Positions 8,787-19,061 of a stretch of DNA of 46,879 bases are shown here, one piece after another. Position 1 is the stretch's first letter. Each line of letters starts with the position of its first letter. Origin of the DNA: Planctomycetota bacterium (GTDB lineage: Bacteria > Planctomycetota > SZUA-567 > H5-PLA8); assembly GCA_045863855.1 (NCBI GenBank), contig BTVV01000043.1, forward strand, positions 1 to 46,879, given 5' to 3'. A program made the translations under genes and the position numbers. The notes under the pieces are model-generated. The model worked only from the letters and a program-made list of their open reading frames with translations, searched no databases and was not told the origin of the DNA.

Positions 8787-8841
8787 GAATCTCGGTGCAC
8801 AAATTGCACCGTGTGGCTTTGGTGCAGGTTAGAGGCCGGTC

Positions 8842-9237
8842 ATGGCGCAGGAAGGTGGCGCGGAGCGTCGGCAGTACAAACGGGTGACGCTGGATCTCCC
8901 CGTGTTTTACCGCTTTCGAACCTCGGACCCGCGGCTGAAGATCGAGAAGTTGACGTACCAGGGGATGACTCGTAACCTCTCGGAAGGCGGCTTGTTGATG
9001 TTGGGGCCGCTGCCCGACTTGGCTTGGATCAGCCCGCTGCTGATGAGTAAGATCTTGCTGGACATGACGTTGGAACTTCCTGGCGCAGCTCGTTCGATAG
9101 CCGTAGAAGGACGAGCGGCGTGGGTGGAGGCCAAGCCGAGCGGCCTTCAGGACGCGATGTACGGCATCACCTTCGGGACGGTGGCGCGGGAGTCGAAGGA
9201 GGCGCTGCGCGCTTGGATCGATGAACGCGGAACGTAA
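8842..9237 (+). CDS. Stand-alone PilZ domain protein (c-di-GMP receptor)
   Basis: ERRQYKR (RxxxR) and NLSEGG ([D/N]xSxxG) motifs, followed by GRAAWVE and YGITF. Confidence 0.88.
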   Translation: MAQEGGAERRQYKRVTLDLPVFYRFRTSDPRLKIEKLTYQGMTRNLSEGGLLMLGPLPDLAWISPLLMSKILLDMTLELPGAARSIAVEGRAAWVEAKPSGLQDAMYGITFGTVARESKEALRAWIDERGT

Positions 9238-9264
9238 ACTCCAGTCGAAGTTTCGGCGTTGCGC

Positions 9265-9293
9265 TTGCGGAAGTTTGGAACGGGCGAGATAAT
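9265..9293 (+). promoter_or_regulatory. Candidate sigma70 promoter of the metallophosphoesterase gene
   Basis: TTGCGG-N17-GATAAT. Confidence 0.45.
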
Positions 9294-9366
9294 CAGCGTG
9301 TTCAGTGAATTCCAATTAAGGGCAGACCACGCCTCGCCTGCTCTGGGCGTGGGAGATTGAGGCCCC

Positions 9367-10116
9367 ATGCCCCTCGTGCGCAAGTACGGCATCATATCGG
9401 ATATCCACGCCAACTACGTTGCGCTTAAGGTGGCGTTGGACTATCTGAGCCAGGCGGGCGTGGACAAAGTCCTCTGCCTGGGCGATCTGGTCGGCTACGG
9501 CGCCGAACCGTTCGAATGTATTTCCGCCATCAAAGACAAGCCCAACGTCGACTGCATCGCGGGCAACCACGACCGGCAGGTGATCGGCGAAAAAGATCCG
9601 CGCATGCGGAAGACGGCCACGAAGGTGCTCGAGTGGACCGCCGATAACATCAGCCCGTCCAATGCGCGCTACCTGAAGCAGCTCCCGCAGGGTCTGACCA
9701 TCGACGAGACGTTCATCATGGTCCACGGCTCGCTCGTGGAGCGCGACGCGTACATCCTGCACGCGCCGGAGATATCCAAGAACCTGCAGTGCATGATCAA
9801 CGACTTCCCGGGGATGAAGATCTGCTTCTTCGGGCATACGCATATCCCGATGCTGATCGGGACGAAGGCGGTCATCACCGACCTGCGCGAGACCAAGAGC
9901 TTCCAACTCGACCGGAACGATATCTACCTGATCAATCCGGGTTCGGTGGGCCAGCCGCGCGACCGTTGTCCGCTGGCGGCGTTCGGGATCTTCGATGCCG
10001 AGCATTGGACGATGACGTTCATCCGCCGTCCGTACGATATCCGCCAGGCGCAGCGCGCGATCATCGACAGCGGCCTGCCCGAGAAGTTCGCGCGACGGCT
10101 CGCCGTCGGCGTCTAA
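9367..10116 (+). CDS. Calcineurin-like metallophosphoesterase (YfcE/MJ0936-like)
   Basis: SDIHAN, LGDLVGYG, GNHD, VHGS, GHTH, NPGSVGQPRD. Confidence 0.93.
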   Translation: MPLVRKYGIISDIHANYVALKVALDYLSQAGVDKVLCLGDLVGYGAEPFECISAIKDKPNVDCIAGNHDRQVIGEKDPRMRKTATKVLEWTADNISPSNARYLKQLPQGLTIDETFIMVHGSLVERDAYILHAPEISKNLQCMINDFPGMKICFFGHTHIPMLIGTKAVITDLRETKSFQLDRNDIYLINPGSVGQPRDRCPLAAFGIFDAEHWTMTFIRRPYDIRQAQRAIIDSGLPEKFARRLAVGV

Positions 10117-10200
10117 ACGCCGCTTAACTTTCCCGTGGTTCGATTGGCGGTCCGGGCCGTATGTGTGCGGCCGATCAATGCGGGCGGCTTTGCGGCGGAA

Positions 10201-10731
10201 CTAGAAATCCTCGTCGGGCTCTTCTTCGGCCGGCTCTTCCGCATCCCCCGCTTCTTCGGCGCCTTCTTCGGCTTCTTCGACTTCCTCGGCTTCTTCTTCT
10301 TCCGGTTCGGCTTCCGACTCGGCTTCAAGGTCCGCGCGGATCAGATCCTGCTCTTTCTTGAGCGCGGCGTGGCGGAAGCGGATAAGGGCCAGCCGGTCGC
10401 CTTCGGGCGGCTGCTCGATTTCCTCGGCCGGCTCTTCGCGCGGCGCTCCGCGCTTGGCATCCTTGACCGGAGTGTCCTTGGCCGATGCGGTGGCCTTAGG
10501 GCTTGTTCGAGGTGCGACGGGGGTTGAGCGTTTCACGTTTTTGGGTGTTCCAGAAGTTGAAGGTGAGGGTTTAGGAGCGGCTTTCGACGCCGGAGCGCTT
10601 TTTGCGGTAACGACGCGCGCCTTCGCCGGCCGAGCCGGTTTCTTCGCAGCCTTCTTGGGTTGGGTGCCACGACTCTTGGAGCGGCTGGCGGCCGCCTTTC
10701 GCTTGGTCTTGGGCTTGGGTTTCGAAGCCAA
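10201..10731 (-). CDS. Low-complexity protein: Lys/Ala/Pro-rich (histone H1-like) N-terminus and Glu-rich C-terminus
   Basis: TTG start 8 nt after AGGAG; sharply bipolar charge distribution. Confidence 0.7.
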   Translation of the reverse strand: MASKPKPKTKRKAAASRSKSRGTQPKKAAKKPARPAKARVVTAKSAPASKAAPKPSPSTSGTPKNVKRSTPVAPRTSPKATASAKDTPVKDAKRGAPREEPAEEIEQPPEGDRLALIRFRHAALKKEQDLIRADLEAESEAEPEEEEAEEVEEAEEGAEEAGDAEEPAEEEPDEDF

Positions 10732-10782
10732 AGGCCATTCTCCTATGCCCGAGTTCCGAATGCAACGCGGATACCGGATCGC

Positions 10783-11208
10783 TCAGCGTCCCGGCCCGCG
10801 CGCGTTCTTGAACGCGTCGAAATCGTCGAACTTCGCCGCCCGGCGCCCGGCCGCGGGCGGGGGAATGCCCTGCCGCGCTTGCGGCGCCTGAGTTCCCGGA
10901 GGCGCCTGTTGGCCGCGCGTTTCGGCTTCCAAGGCCTTGAGCGACTCGCGCATCCGTCCGATCGCCTCGCTCAACGCGTCCCGGTACGCCTGGTACTGGT
11001 CCAACTGCGCCAGCGCCGGTGGTTCCTCGAGCTGCTGGAAGATCGGGTGCAGGCTGCGCAGGTACTCGATCCGGGCCTTGTCGTACAGCGCCGCGCGGAT
11101 CTGCTTTTCGGTCTCTTTCAGTTCCTCGGTTCGCGTCTCGATCTCGTCGCGCAGGATCTCCAACTGCTCGAAATTGGTGAGGCTGATCTGGATCGGTGGC
11201 AAAGCCAT
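10783..11208 (-). CDS. Hypothetical helical/coiled-coil protein (141 aa)
   Basis: ATG 11208 (MALPPIQISL) lies within ORF 10783..11268; heptad-like E/K/L pattern; directly upstream of the 10731 gene. Confidence 0.72.
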   Translation of the reverse strand: MALPPIQISLTNFEQLEILRDEIETRTEELKETEKQIRAALYDKARIEYLRSLHPIFQQLEEPPALAQLDQYQAYRDALSEAIGRMRESLKALEAETRGQQAPPGTQAPQARQGIPPPAAGRRAAKFDDFDAFKNARGPGR

Positions 11209-11561
11209 AAAGTCATTCCACTTGCATGGGCCAGTCTGCTGTGTGTACCTGTACCATTGTCGCCGCAACGGTGCAACTTACAGCGCAAAAAAACGAAACG
11301 GTTCGGATGCGCCGCGGCGCTCGATCACGAACCTGAACGGCGGGATTGGGCGCGCAGGGTAAAGCACGTGCGCACCAGGGGCGAAGATTGTCCTAAAGGA
11401 AGGGCTGCTGGATAGGCATTAAGGCCCCTGGCTCGTGCGTATAACCCGGCATCGGATAATGCTTTGATTCTGGAACCTGCTTGACGCACCTGGAAAGACC
11501 GGTATCACCCATGCAGCTACGTAATCGAACCCTTTGGGTACGCGAGCGATGAGGACGGCGC

Positions 11562-12047
11562 ATGCGCGAACACGTCATCAACGCCATCCAATTTATCTTC
11601 CTTATCGTAGCCATAGTCGTGGCTTTTAGTTTTTACAAAGCGCACAACCGGGTGGTCGTCAAAACGGGCGACGACGGGATGTTGCCCGAATACGCGCAGG
11701 GCTCGTACGGGCTGCGATCCGATTACGACAAGGCGGCGGATTTGGCGGTGGGCGTGGCGGTGGCCTATCATCCGCCCGGCAAACCCGAGGAAGAATGGGT
11801 GGGCTGGGTGGTCGCCCGCGAAGGCCAGAAGGTTCAGACTAAGCCGCGCGGCACCGATACGCGCCGCATGTACCTGTGGGTGGACGGTCAGGAATCCGCG
11901 CTCCAATCCGGTTTGACGCCGCGCCAGCCGATGCCCGAGATCGTGATCCCGCGAAATTGCGTCTTCGTGATCCGCAAGGATTCGGGCAAGGATTCGTTTA
12001 CGTTCGGCCCCATACCGCTGCGTCTGGTGAAGGGCCGTATGAAGTGA
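11562..12047 (+). CDS. Peptidase S26 (signal peptidase I)-like protein lacking the catalytic Ser/Lys
   Basis: N-terminal TM; GDDGMLP aligns to SGSMxP, WVGWVVAREGQKV to YIKRVIGLPGDTV, IPRNCVFV..DSFTFGPIP..VKGR to box E. Confidence 0.7.
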   Translation: MREHVINAIQFIFLIVAIVVAFSFYKAHNRVVVKTGDDGMLPEYAQGSYGLRSDYDKAADLAVGVAVAYHPPGKPEEEWVGWVVAREGQKVQTKPRGTDTRRMYLWVDGQESALQSGLTPRQPMPEIVIPRNCVFVIRKDSGKDSFTFGPIPLRLVKGRMK

Positions 12048-12078
12048 ACGGTATTACATCGAAGGCCGAGGAACGGGC

Positions 12079-14223
12079 ATGAGGCTGGGCCCTCTGGACG
12101 TCACGCTGCCGTCGCTGGTGTACCTCGCGCTGGTCGTGGTGCTGGTGGTGGTCAATTACCGTCTTTACGATTCGCGCATCGAGACGCGCACGCAGGGATA
12201 TCATGCTCCGACCATCCGCAAAGCGCTGCTGGGCGGCAAGACTCAGGATCTGATCGACGGCGAGACGGCGTGCCAGTCGGTGCTGAAGCGCGCGCCGGGT
12301 TTGCCTGCGGCGAACCTGTATCTGGGCACGTTCCTGTACCGGCAGGAGAAGTACGCCGACGCGCAGGCGGCGTTCGAGGCGGCGGGCGAATCGTCGAAAC
12401 TCGGTTCGGCGGCGCAGGCGCTGGCTTGGAGCGGCGCGGGGGCTTCGGTCTTCGCGCGGTATCGCGCCACGCAGCTCGAGAAAGCCATCGAGGAAGCGGG
12501 CAAGATGTTCGAGCGCGCGCTTAAGGCCGATCCGAAGAGTCCCGAAGCGATGGTGGGCAAGGCGACGATTCTACTGTGGCGGGAGGCGAAGAAGGAGCCT
12601 AAGGAAGCGCTGGCGCTGCTGGACGAAGCCTTGGCGCCGGGGCGTCCGCCGGCGCGCAGTTACGCGGTGGCCGCTTACAACGCGCGCGGGGTGGCGCTTT
12701 CGCGGACCGGGCGCGGCGCCTCGGCGGATCAATCGTTCGAAGCCGCCTCGGCGGTGGATCCCGATTGGCCGGCGCCTGAGCAGAACCGGCGGCTCTCGGC
12801 CATCGGCAGCTTGACCTTGCCGGACCTCGAACTGGCCAAACGCGAGGCCTTGATCCAGAAGTACGAGAAGATCACGCAGCAGTTCGGGGAGCACGAAGTC
12901 CTGGTGCTCAACGCGCTGGCCGTGGGCTTGTGGCGCACGCGAAACGATCTGAAGAGCCGCGAGTTCACGGAAAAAATGTACCCGCAGATCGGCCGACAGT
13001 TGCAGCGCGCGATGTCCAAGTTCAAGACCGATCCCCGTGCGTATATGAACCAGGTTGGGGTTTACTTGTGGCGCTTGTACGGCGACGCCGAACGCCCCGA
13101 AGAAAAGGGCTTGGTGGCCGACCTTCCGGCCGATTTGGTCGATCCATACAATACGTTGGGCGCGTCCAACCTTTTGATTCCGCCGGCGAGTTCGGATGGG
13201 CGCCGGATGCTCAGCCCCGACGAACAGAAGCTGGTCACCGAGGTGCTCGATCTGGCGCGGCAGGCCGCGAAGGTGCTCGACGAGTTGCTCTTGCGCGTCA
13301 AGCTGGCGCAGGACGACCGGCTCAATGCGGAAAAACTCCTGGTGGGGATGCTCGAACTCCAGCAGGTGTGTGCGACGCTGCGCGACGACCGGGCCAAGCT
13401 GAATGCGCGGTTAAGCGAGCGGGCTCAGGTGCTGCTCGAACAGGGGCCCAACGACGCGGAGGCGCTACGCATATCGGGCGCGATCGAACTGCGCCAGGGA
13501 CGTTACGGGCCGGCTTTGGAGCGGTTGCGCTCGGCGCAGACCAAGGGCGACAAGAGCCCCGAATTGGAGAAGCTGCTCGAACAGCTGGGCCGCCCGCCGG
13601 AGTTCGTGCGGACGCGCCCGGTCAAGAACCGCTGGTACGGCGCCCGGCCGCTGTTGGGGGGGGCGGTGCATGTGCCCAGCAATCCCGGACCTCTGAAGCT
13701 GGAGATGCTGTACGACGGCAAGGAGCAGTCGCAGTCGGTGCGTTGGGACACGCAGATCCTGATGCTGCTCGACGACGGTTCGATGAAAGACGGGACGCAC
13801 GAAGTCAAGCTGACCGCGACCGACGGCGCGGGGAATGTCGGGGAAACCGCGTTCAAGCTGTACATCGACCGCCGCGCGCCGACGGGGACGCTGGAATTGG
13901 AAGCGGGTACGGCGCTGCCTCGCCCGGTCTGGAAAATCGTGCTGGCGGACGCGGGCGTGGGCGTGGACCTGAATACGTTGCGCATCACCTTGAAGTCGCT
14001 GACGCCCGGCGCCACGCCGTTGAATTTGCTGCTGGTGCAAAACGGGACTTACACCAAGGACTTGCCCGCGATTCAGGTGAAAGCCGGGGAACGCGTGGCC
14101 CAGGAGACGTTCAAGCTGGCTTCCACCGGCGATCTGCTTCCCGGCACGTACGGCGTGAAGGTGGAGTTCGCCGATCTGGCCGGGAACGAGCGAACTTTGG
14201 ACAAGCCGTTCAAGCTCGAATAG
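12079..14223 (+). CDS. Membrane-anchored TPR protein with two C-terminal Ig-like domains
   Basis: N-terminal TM; TPR-like helices (ANLYLGTFLYRQEKYADAQAAFE, AYNARGVAL); DGTHEVKLTATDGAGN and PGTYGVKVEFADLAGN Ig-like motifs. Confidence 0.8.
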   Translation: MRLGPLDVTLPSLVYLALVVVLVVVNYRLYDSRIETRTQGYHAPTIRKALLGGKTQDLIDGETACQSVLKRAPGLPAANLYLGTFLYRQEKYADAQAAFEAAGESSKLGSAAQALAWSGAGASVFARYRATQLEKAIEEAGKMFERALKADPKSPEAMVGKATILLWREAKKEPKEALALLDEALAPGRPPARSYAVAAYNARGVALSRTGRGASADQSFEAASAVDPDWPAPEQNRRLSAIGSLTLPDLELAKREALIQKYEKITQQFGEHEVLVLNALAVGLWRTRNDLKSREFTEKMYPQIGRQLQRAMSKFKTDPRAYMNQVGVYLWRLYGDAERPEEKGLVADLPADLVDPYNTLGASNLLIPPASSDGRRMLSPDEQKLVTEVLDLARQAAKVLDELLLRVKLAQDDRLNAEKLLVGMLELQQVCATLRDDRAKLNARLSERAQVLLEQGPNDAEALRISGAIELRQGRYGPALERLRSAQTKGDKSPELEKLLEQLGRPPEFVRTRPVKNRWYGARPLLGGAVHVPSNPGPLKLEMLYDGKEQSQSVRWDTQILMLLDDGSMKDGTHEVKLTATDGAGNVGETAFKLYIDRRAPTGTLELEAGTALPRPVWKIVLADAGVGVDLNTLRITLKSLTPGATPLNLLLVQNGTYTKDLPAIQVKAGERVAQETFKLASTGDLLPGTYGVKVEFADLAGNERTLDKPFKLE

Positions 14224-14238
14224 GAGCGTGCCGCCTCG

Positions 14239-15696
14239 ATGAAGTGCCCGCATTGCCAGAGCGAAGTGACGATCAATCACGAGTTCTGTCCGCGTTGCGG
14301 TCAGCGCATCACGCTGGCGTTCGACGATATCGCGGCTTCGGTGCACGTGGACGCGGCGTACCGGCGCGGGCAGCGGCTCGAGCGCACGCTCAAGTGGGTC
14401 ATTCTGTTCCTGATTTTCACCGGCGCGATGATGTACGGCATCAACGATCTGTGGGACCGCGAATTGGCGTACGACGGCAACGATTTGCCGCCGGTAGAGG
14501 CGCCGGCCGCGGCGTTGGGCGATTTGAGCGAGGTGCCGCTGAACTACAAGGAAGTATTCGCGTTGCGCCCGCCCGAAGGGCTGCCGCCGCGCGGTTACGC
14601 TTGGCGTATGGGCGCACTGCGCAATGCGCTGCGCGCCAGCAACGGAGGGCGCGCCGAAGGCGCCGAGGCCATCGACCGCGGGCTGCGCTACATGATGCGC
14701 CTGCAACAGCCGGACGGAAGCTGGCTTGTCAACACCGAAGGACTGAACATCGATAAGGCGCGCGACGAGGCGTTCAATTTCAAGTGGGGCCAGACGGGCC
14801 TGACCGCGCTGTGCCTCATGGCCTATTTGGGCGAAGGCCACCTGTGGACGCCGGATGTCCAAGGCCAGACCAGCACTTACGCCAGCAACGTGAAACGGGG
14901 GCTGGAGTTCCTGCTCAAGAGCCAGGATCCGCTGAACGGGCGCTTCGGACCGCCCGAAGGCAACTTCATGTACAACCACGGTCTGGCGACGCTGGCGGTT
15001 TCGGAAGCGGCGGCGCTTTCGGGCGCGCCCGATCTGCGTGCGGCGGCCCAGAAGGGTGTGGACCTGATCGAGCGGACGCAGGGCGAGAAGGGCGGGTGGG
15101 GTTACCGCGACGTGGCCGGCGCGCGGCAGGACACCAGCGTGAGCGCGTGGCAGGTTCAGGCGCTGCTGGCGGCGCGCGAGGCCGGTTTGAAGGTCAACGA
15201 CGAAGTGCTCCAGAAAGCTTTGGGTTATTACCAAGCGGCCACCGACGCGCAGGCCGGGATCGTTTCGTACGATTTCACCGATCGGCAGGTCCGGCCCAGT
15301 CTGTTCGGCGTGGCTTTGATGCTGCGGTTGTACCTGGGCGAAGCGGTAACCACTCCGGATGTGCGCTGGCTGACTCGCATGACGGCGCAGACGGCGCCGA
15401 CGTGGAAGCGCGGGTGGGGCCGAAGCTGGAAGGAAGGCCGCACGCGCGGAGTCGACGACACGGAACGAGCGACCACCTTCGACCCTTATCGCTGGTACTT
15501 CGCGACGTACGGGCTCTTTTTCGCGGGCGGCGAGGAATGGGAGCCTTGGGACGGCGCGCTGCGCGACGCGCTGATCAACCTTCAGGATGGCGACGGCGCC
15601 TGGCGCGCGAACGATATCTGGAGCGTCAAGGCCGGTCCGGCGTACTCCACGTCGATGTGCATCCTTTGCTTGCAGGTTCATTATCGCCTGCAGTAA
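14239..15696 (+). CDS. Zinc-ribbon + TM + prenyltransferase/squalene-oxidase repeat protein
   Basis: CPHC..FCPRCG; TM helix; QW-like repeats QQPDGSW, QDPLNGRF, QGEKGGW, QDGDGAW; MYNHGLATLA. Confidence 0.85.
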   Translation: MKCPHCQSEVTINHEFCPRCGQRITLAFDDIAASVHVDAAYRRGQRLERTLKWVILFLIFTGAMMYGINDLWDRELAYDGNDLPPVEAPAAALGDLSEVPLNYKEVFALRPPEGLPPRGYAWRMGALRNALRASNGGRAEGAEAIDRGLRYMMRLQQPDGSWLVNTEGLNIDKARDEAFNFKWGQTGLTALCLMAYLGEGHLWTPDVQGQTSTYASNVKRGLEFLLKSQDPLNGRFGPPEGNFMYNHGLATLAVSEAAALSGAPDLRAAAQKGVDLIERTQGEKGGWGYRDVAGARQDTSVSAWQVQALLAAREAGLKVNDEVLQKALGYYQAATDAQAGIVSYDFTDRQVRPSLFGVALMLRLYLGEAVTTPDVRWLTRMTAQTAPTWKRGWGRSWKEGRTRGVDDTERATTFDPYRWYFATYGLFFAGGEEWEPWDGALRDALINLQDGDGAWRANDIWSVKAGPAYSTSMCILCLQVHYRLQ

Positions 15697-15815
15697 CGGG
15701 AACTTGGCGTGATCCCGCCGATCCCGCGGTGTATATCGAGTACGGCGGGGTGGCTGGACACGTGCGGTCCGCGGCCCTATCATGCCGCATCCTTTTGCCG
15801 CCCCAGAGATGAGCG

Positions 15816-16763
<948 letters not shown>

Positions 16764-16777
16764 GCGAGGAACCCACG

Positions 16778-17554
16778 TTGAGCGAGCCGCAGACCCAAGC
16801 CGCCCCGCGCAAGCCCGGACCCCGCGACGAAGTGATCGTGCGGGCGAAGGACGTGAAAAAGATCTACCGCATGGGCGACCAGGAAGTGCACGCGCTACGC
16901 GGCGTGGATCTGGACATTTACAAGGGCGAATACCTCTCGATCATGGGCCCGTCGGGCTCGGGTAAATCGACGCTCTTCAACATGGTCGGCGGCCTGGACA
17001 AACCCAGCGAAGGCAAGGTTTTTATCAGCGGCGCGGATGTCGCGAGCCTGGATGCGCTGCAACTCGCCTGGCTGCGCTGCCACAAGATCGGCTACATTTT
17101 CCAGACCTACAATATTCTCGAGGTGATGACGGCGCTGGAAAACGTGACACTGCCGATGGTCTTCGCGGGGGTGGATACGGCGTCGGCGAAAGAGCGCGGC
17201 ATGACGCTGCTCAAGACGGTGGGTCTGGGCGAACGCTGGGACCACCGGCCGTTCCAGCTTTCAGGCGGGCAGCAGCAGCGCGTGGCCATCGCGCGGGCGC
17301 TGGCCAACAATCCCGATATCATTCTGGCCGACGAACCCACCGCCAACCTGGATACCAAAACCGGCGCGGAGATCATCGATCTCCTGTTCAAGCTGAAGTC
17401 CGAGCGGCAGGTCACGGTCATCTCGGCGACGCACGACCATAAGATGCTGGCCGCGTCGGACCGTATCGTCTGGATCCGCGACGGGCGCATCGACAAGATC
17501 GAGCTGGCCGAGAACCTGAAGATCGAAGTCGGCACCATCGGCGGCGCGCACTGA
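16778..17554 (+). CDS. ABC transporter ATP-binding protein (LolD/MacB-like), tandem paralog
   Basis: TTG 16778 after GAGGA; GPSGSGKST, LSGGQQQR, LADEPTANLD, ATHD. Confidence 0.93.
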   Translation: MSEPQTQAAPRKPGPRDEVIVRAKDVKKIYRMGDQEVHALRGVDLDIYKGEYLSIMGPSGSGKSTLFNMVGGLDKPSEGKVFISGADVASLDALQLAWLRCHKIGYIFQTYNILEVMTALENVTLPMVFAGVDTASAKERGMTLLKTVGLGERWDHRPFQLSGGQQQRVAIARALANNPDIILADEPTANLDTKTGAEIIDLLFKLKSERQVTVISATHDHKMLAASDRIVWIRDGRIDKIELAENLKIEVGTIGGAH

Positions 17555-17641
17555 GCCCGAGTCCGCTCTTTCCCCGCATGGCGTCACGCCCACGGACTCG
17601 TTAGACTTCTTCCCTCTCTCTTCGGCCACGGAAGCATCCGC

Positions 17642-18991
17642 ATGCGGTTGCGCTACGCGCTGATTCTGTCGCTTTCCAGCGCCGCGGTGGCGGCGGTTCT
17701 GGTCGCGTTCGACTTGGAACGCCGGATCGGCGATGCCGGCGCTTCGTCGGCGGGCCTGCCGGATGCGTTCGTCGGCGCGGGTACGCCTTACGCGGTGGTG
17801 CTGGTGGCCATCGCCGTCGCCAATCTCGCTTCGCTGCTGCTCCTGGTCGCCGCGTTTCGCGAAGAGCGCGAGCGCGCGGTGCTCCGCGCCAGCCAGACGG
17901 CCGGCGCCGTGGTGCGTCCGGCCTCGGAGCCCGTGCTGCGCGGCGAACCGGCGCCGGCCTTCGTACCGCCGCCGGCCGCGCCGCCGCGCACTTACGCCTG
18001 GGGCCGGCTCGAAGAATGGTCAGCCGCGTCGGGCAAACCGTTCATGGAGCTTTGGAACCGGTCGTGCGAAGGGCTGTACCAGGCTTGCCCGCTGCCCGAG
18101 CGCGTATTCGAGAAGCTGCTGAACAGCGACGAGTTCGATCCGGCCGGGAGTTTCGCGGCGGTGGACGCGAACGGGAAACTGATCGGCGCGCTTTGGTCGC
18201 TGCGGCAGGCGCCGTTCGAGGACGAAGGGTATTGGTGGCTCGAATCGCCGGGGGTGATGGCCGCGCTGCTGGTCGATCCGGGGCTGCGGCGCAAGGGAGT
18301 CGGCCGCGCGCTGGTGGCGCATGCCGAATTCGCGGCACTGCGGCAGAAGCGCCCGCGCCTTTTCGCGGGAGGGCTCGAGAACTTTCCGCATCTCGTGCCC
18401 GGGGTGCCCGATCAGGATCACGGCACGCGGGTCTTTTACACGGCGCTGGGCTACCGGGAGGTGCGGCGCACCTGCCACATGGAAGCCGACTACCGCGTCT
18501 ACACGCCGCCGCAGGAGTTGATCGACCGTGAAGCGCAGTTGCGCGAGAAGGGCTACGCGTTCGCCGCCGCGAAGCCGGAAGACCTCGCGGAATTCGAGCG
18601 CTTCGTCGATCGCAGCAGCCTGACGCGCAAGGCTCGGCGCATCGAGCGCTTTCGCGACGAGCACGACCGCTTTTACCTGGTCCGCTTCCACGCCGATATC
18701 GTGGGCTTCATCCAGGTCACGCCGATCGACGACTTCGGGCATTCGGGGATTCACCTGATTTATTTTCTGCGTGAACACCGCGGGGCGGGGCTGGGCAGTG
18801 TGCTGCTGGTGAAAGCCCACGAACTCTGGCGCACCATGGGCGCAAAGGGCGGGAGCATCTGGACGTATCCCGAAGCCGCCGAACGCTTTTACCGGCGCGC
18901 GGGCTTCAAGACCGTGCAGGAGTGGGTGGTGTACGCGAAGGATCTTCCGCACGCCTGGTCGGACCCCGAATTCGTAAACCGCTACCGCTGA
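17642..18991 (+). CDS. Membrane-anchored tandem GNAT acetyltransferase
   Basis: Two N-terminal hydrophobic helices; two acetyl-CoA motifs, VDPGLRRKGVGRAL and REHRGAGLGSVL; FYTALGY and FYRRAGF. Confidence 0.85.
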   Translation: MRLRYALILSLSSAAVAAVLVAFDLERRIGDAGASSAGLPDAFVGAGTPYAVVLVAIAVANLASLLLLVAAFREERERAVLRASQTAGAVVRPASEPVLRGEPAPAFVPPPAAPPRTYAWGRLEEWSAASGKPFMELWNRSCEGLYQACPLPERVFEKLLNSDEFDPAGSFAAVDANGKLIGALWSLRQAPFEDEGYWWLESPGVMAALLVDPGLRRKGVGRALVAHAEFAALRQKRPRLFAGGLENFPHLVPGVPDQDHGTRVFYTALGYREVRRTCHMEADYRVYTPPQELIDREAQLREKGYAFAAAKPEDLAEFERFVDRSSLTRKARRIERFRDEHDRFYLVRFHADIVGFIQVTPIDDFGHSGIHLIYFLREHRGAGLGSVLLVKAHELWRTMGAKGGSIWTYPEAAERFYRRAGFKTVQEWVVYAKDLPHAWSDPEFVNRYR

Positions 18992-19026
18992 AATGGGCCG
19001 TATACGCGTAAAAATCCGACGCGCCC

Positions 19027-19055
19027 TTGACTTGTCATGACAAGTAGACAAGAAT
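19027..19055 (+). promoter_or_regulatory. Promoter overlapped by a palindromic GntR/HutC-type operator
   Basis: TTGACT-N17-AAGAAT; perfect 16-bp palindrome ACTTGTCATGACAAGT at 19030-19045. Confidence 0.75.
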
Positions 19056-19061
19056 AGGGGC

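Noticed and set aside
14239..15696. Squalene-hopene cyclase assignment
   Set aside because: Single barrel only and no DxDD catalytic motif; fits the generic prenyltransferase-repeat family
13465..15783. 772-aa - strand ORF, and similar long antisense ORFs at 23328-25814, 25945-27468, 29245-30789 and 40180-42144
   Set aside because: They overlap well-supported genes on the opposite strand, have no recognisable motifs and are typical high-GC artefacts
17558..17612. Stem CGAGTCCG/CGGACTCG after the second ATPase as a terminator
   Set aside because: Large loop and no proper U tract; support is insufficient
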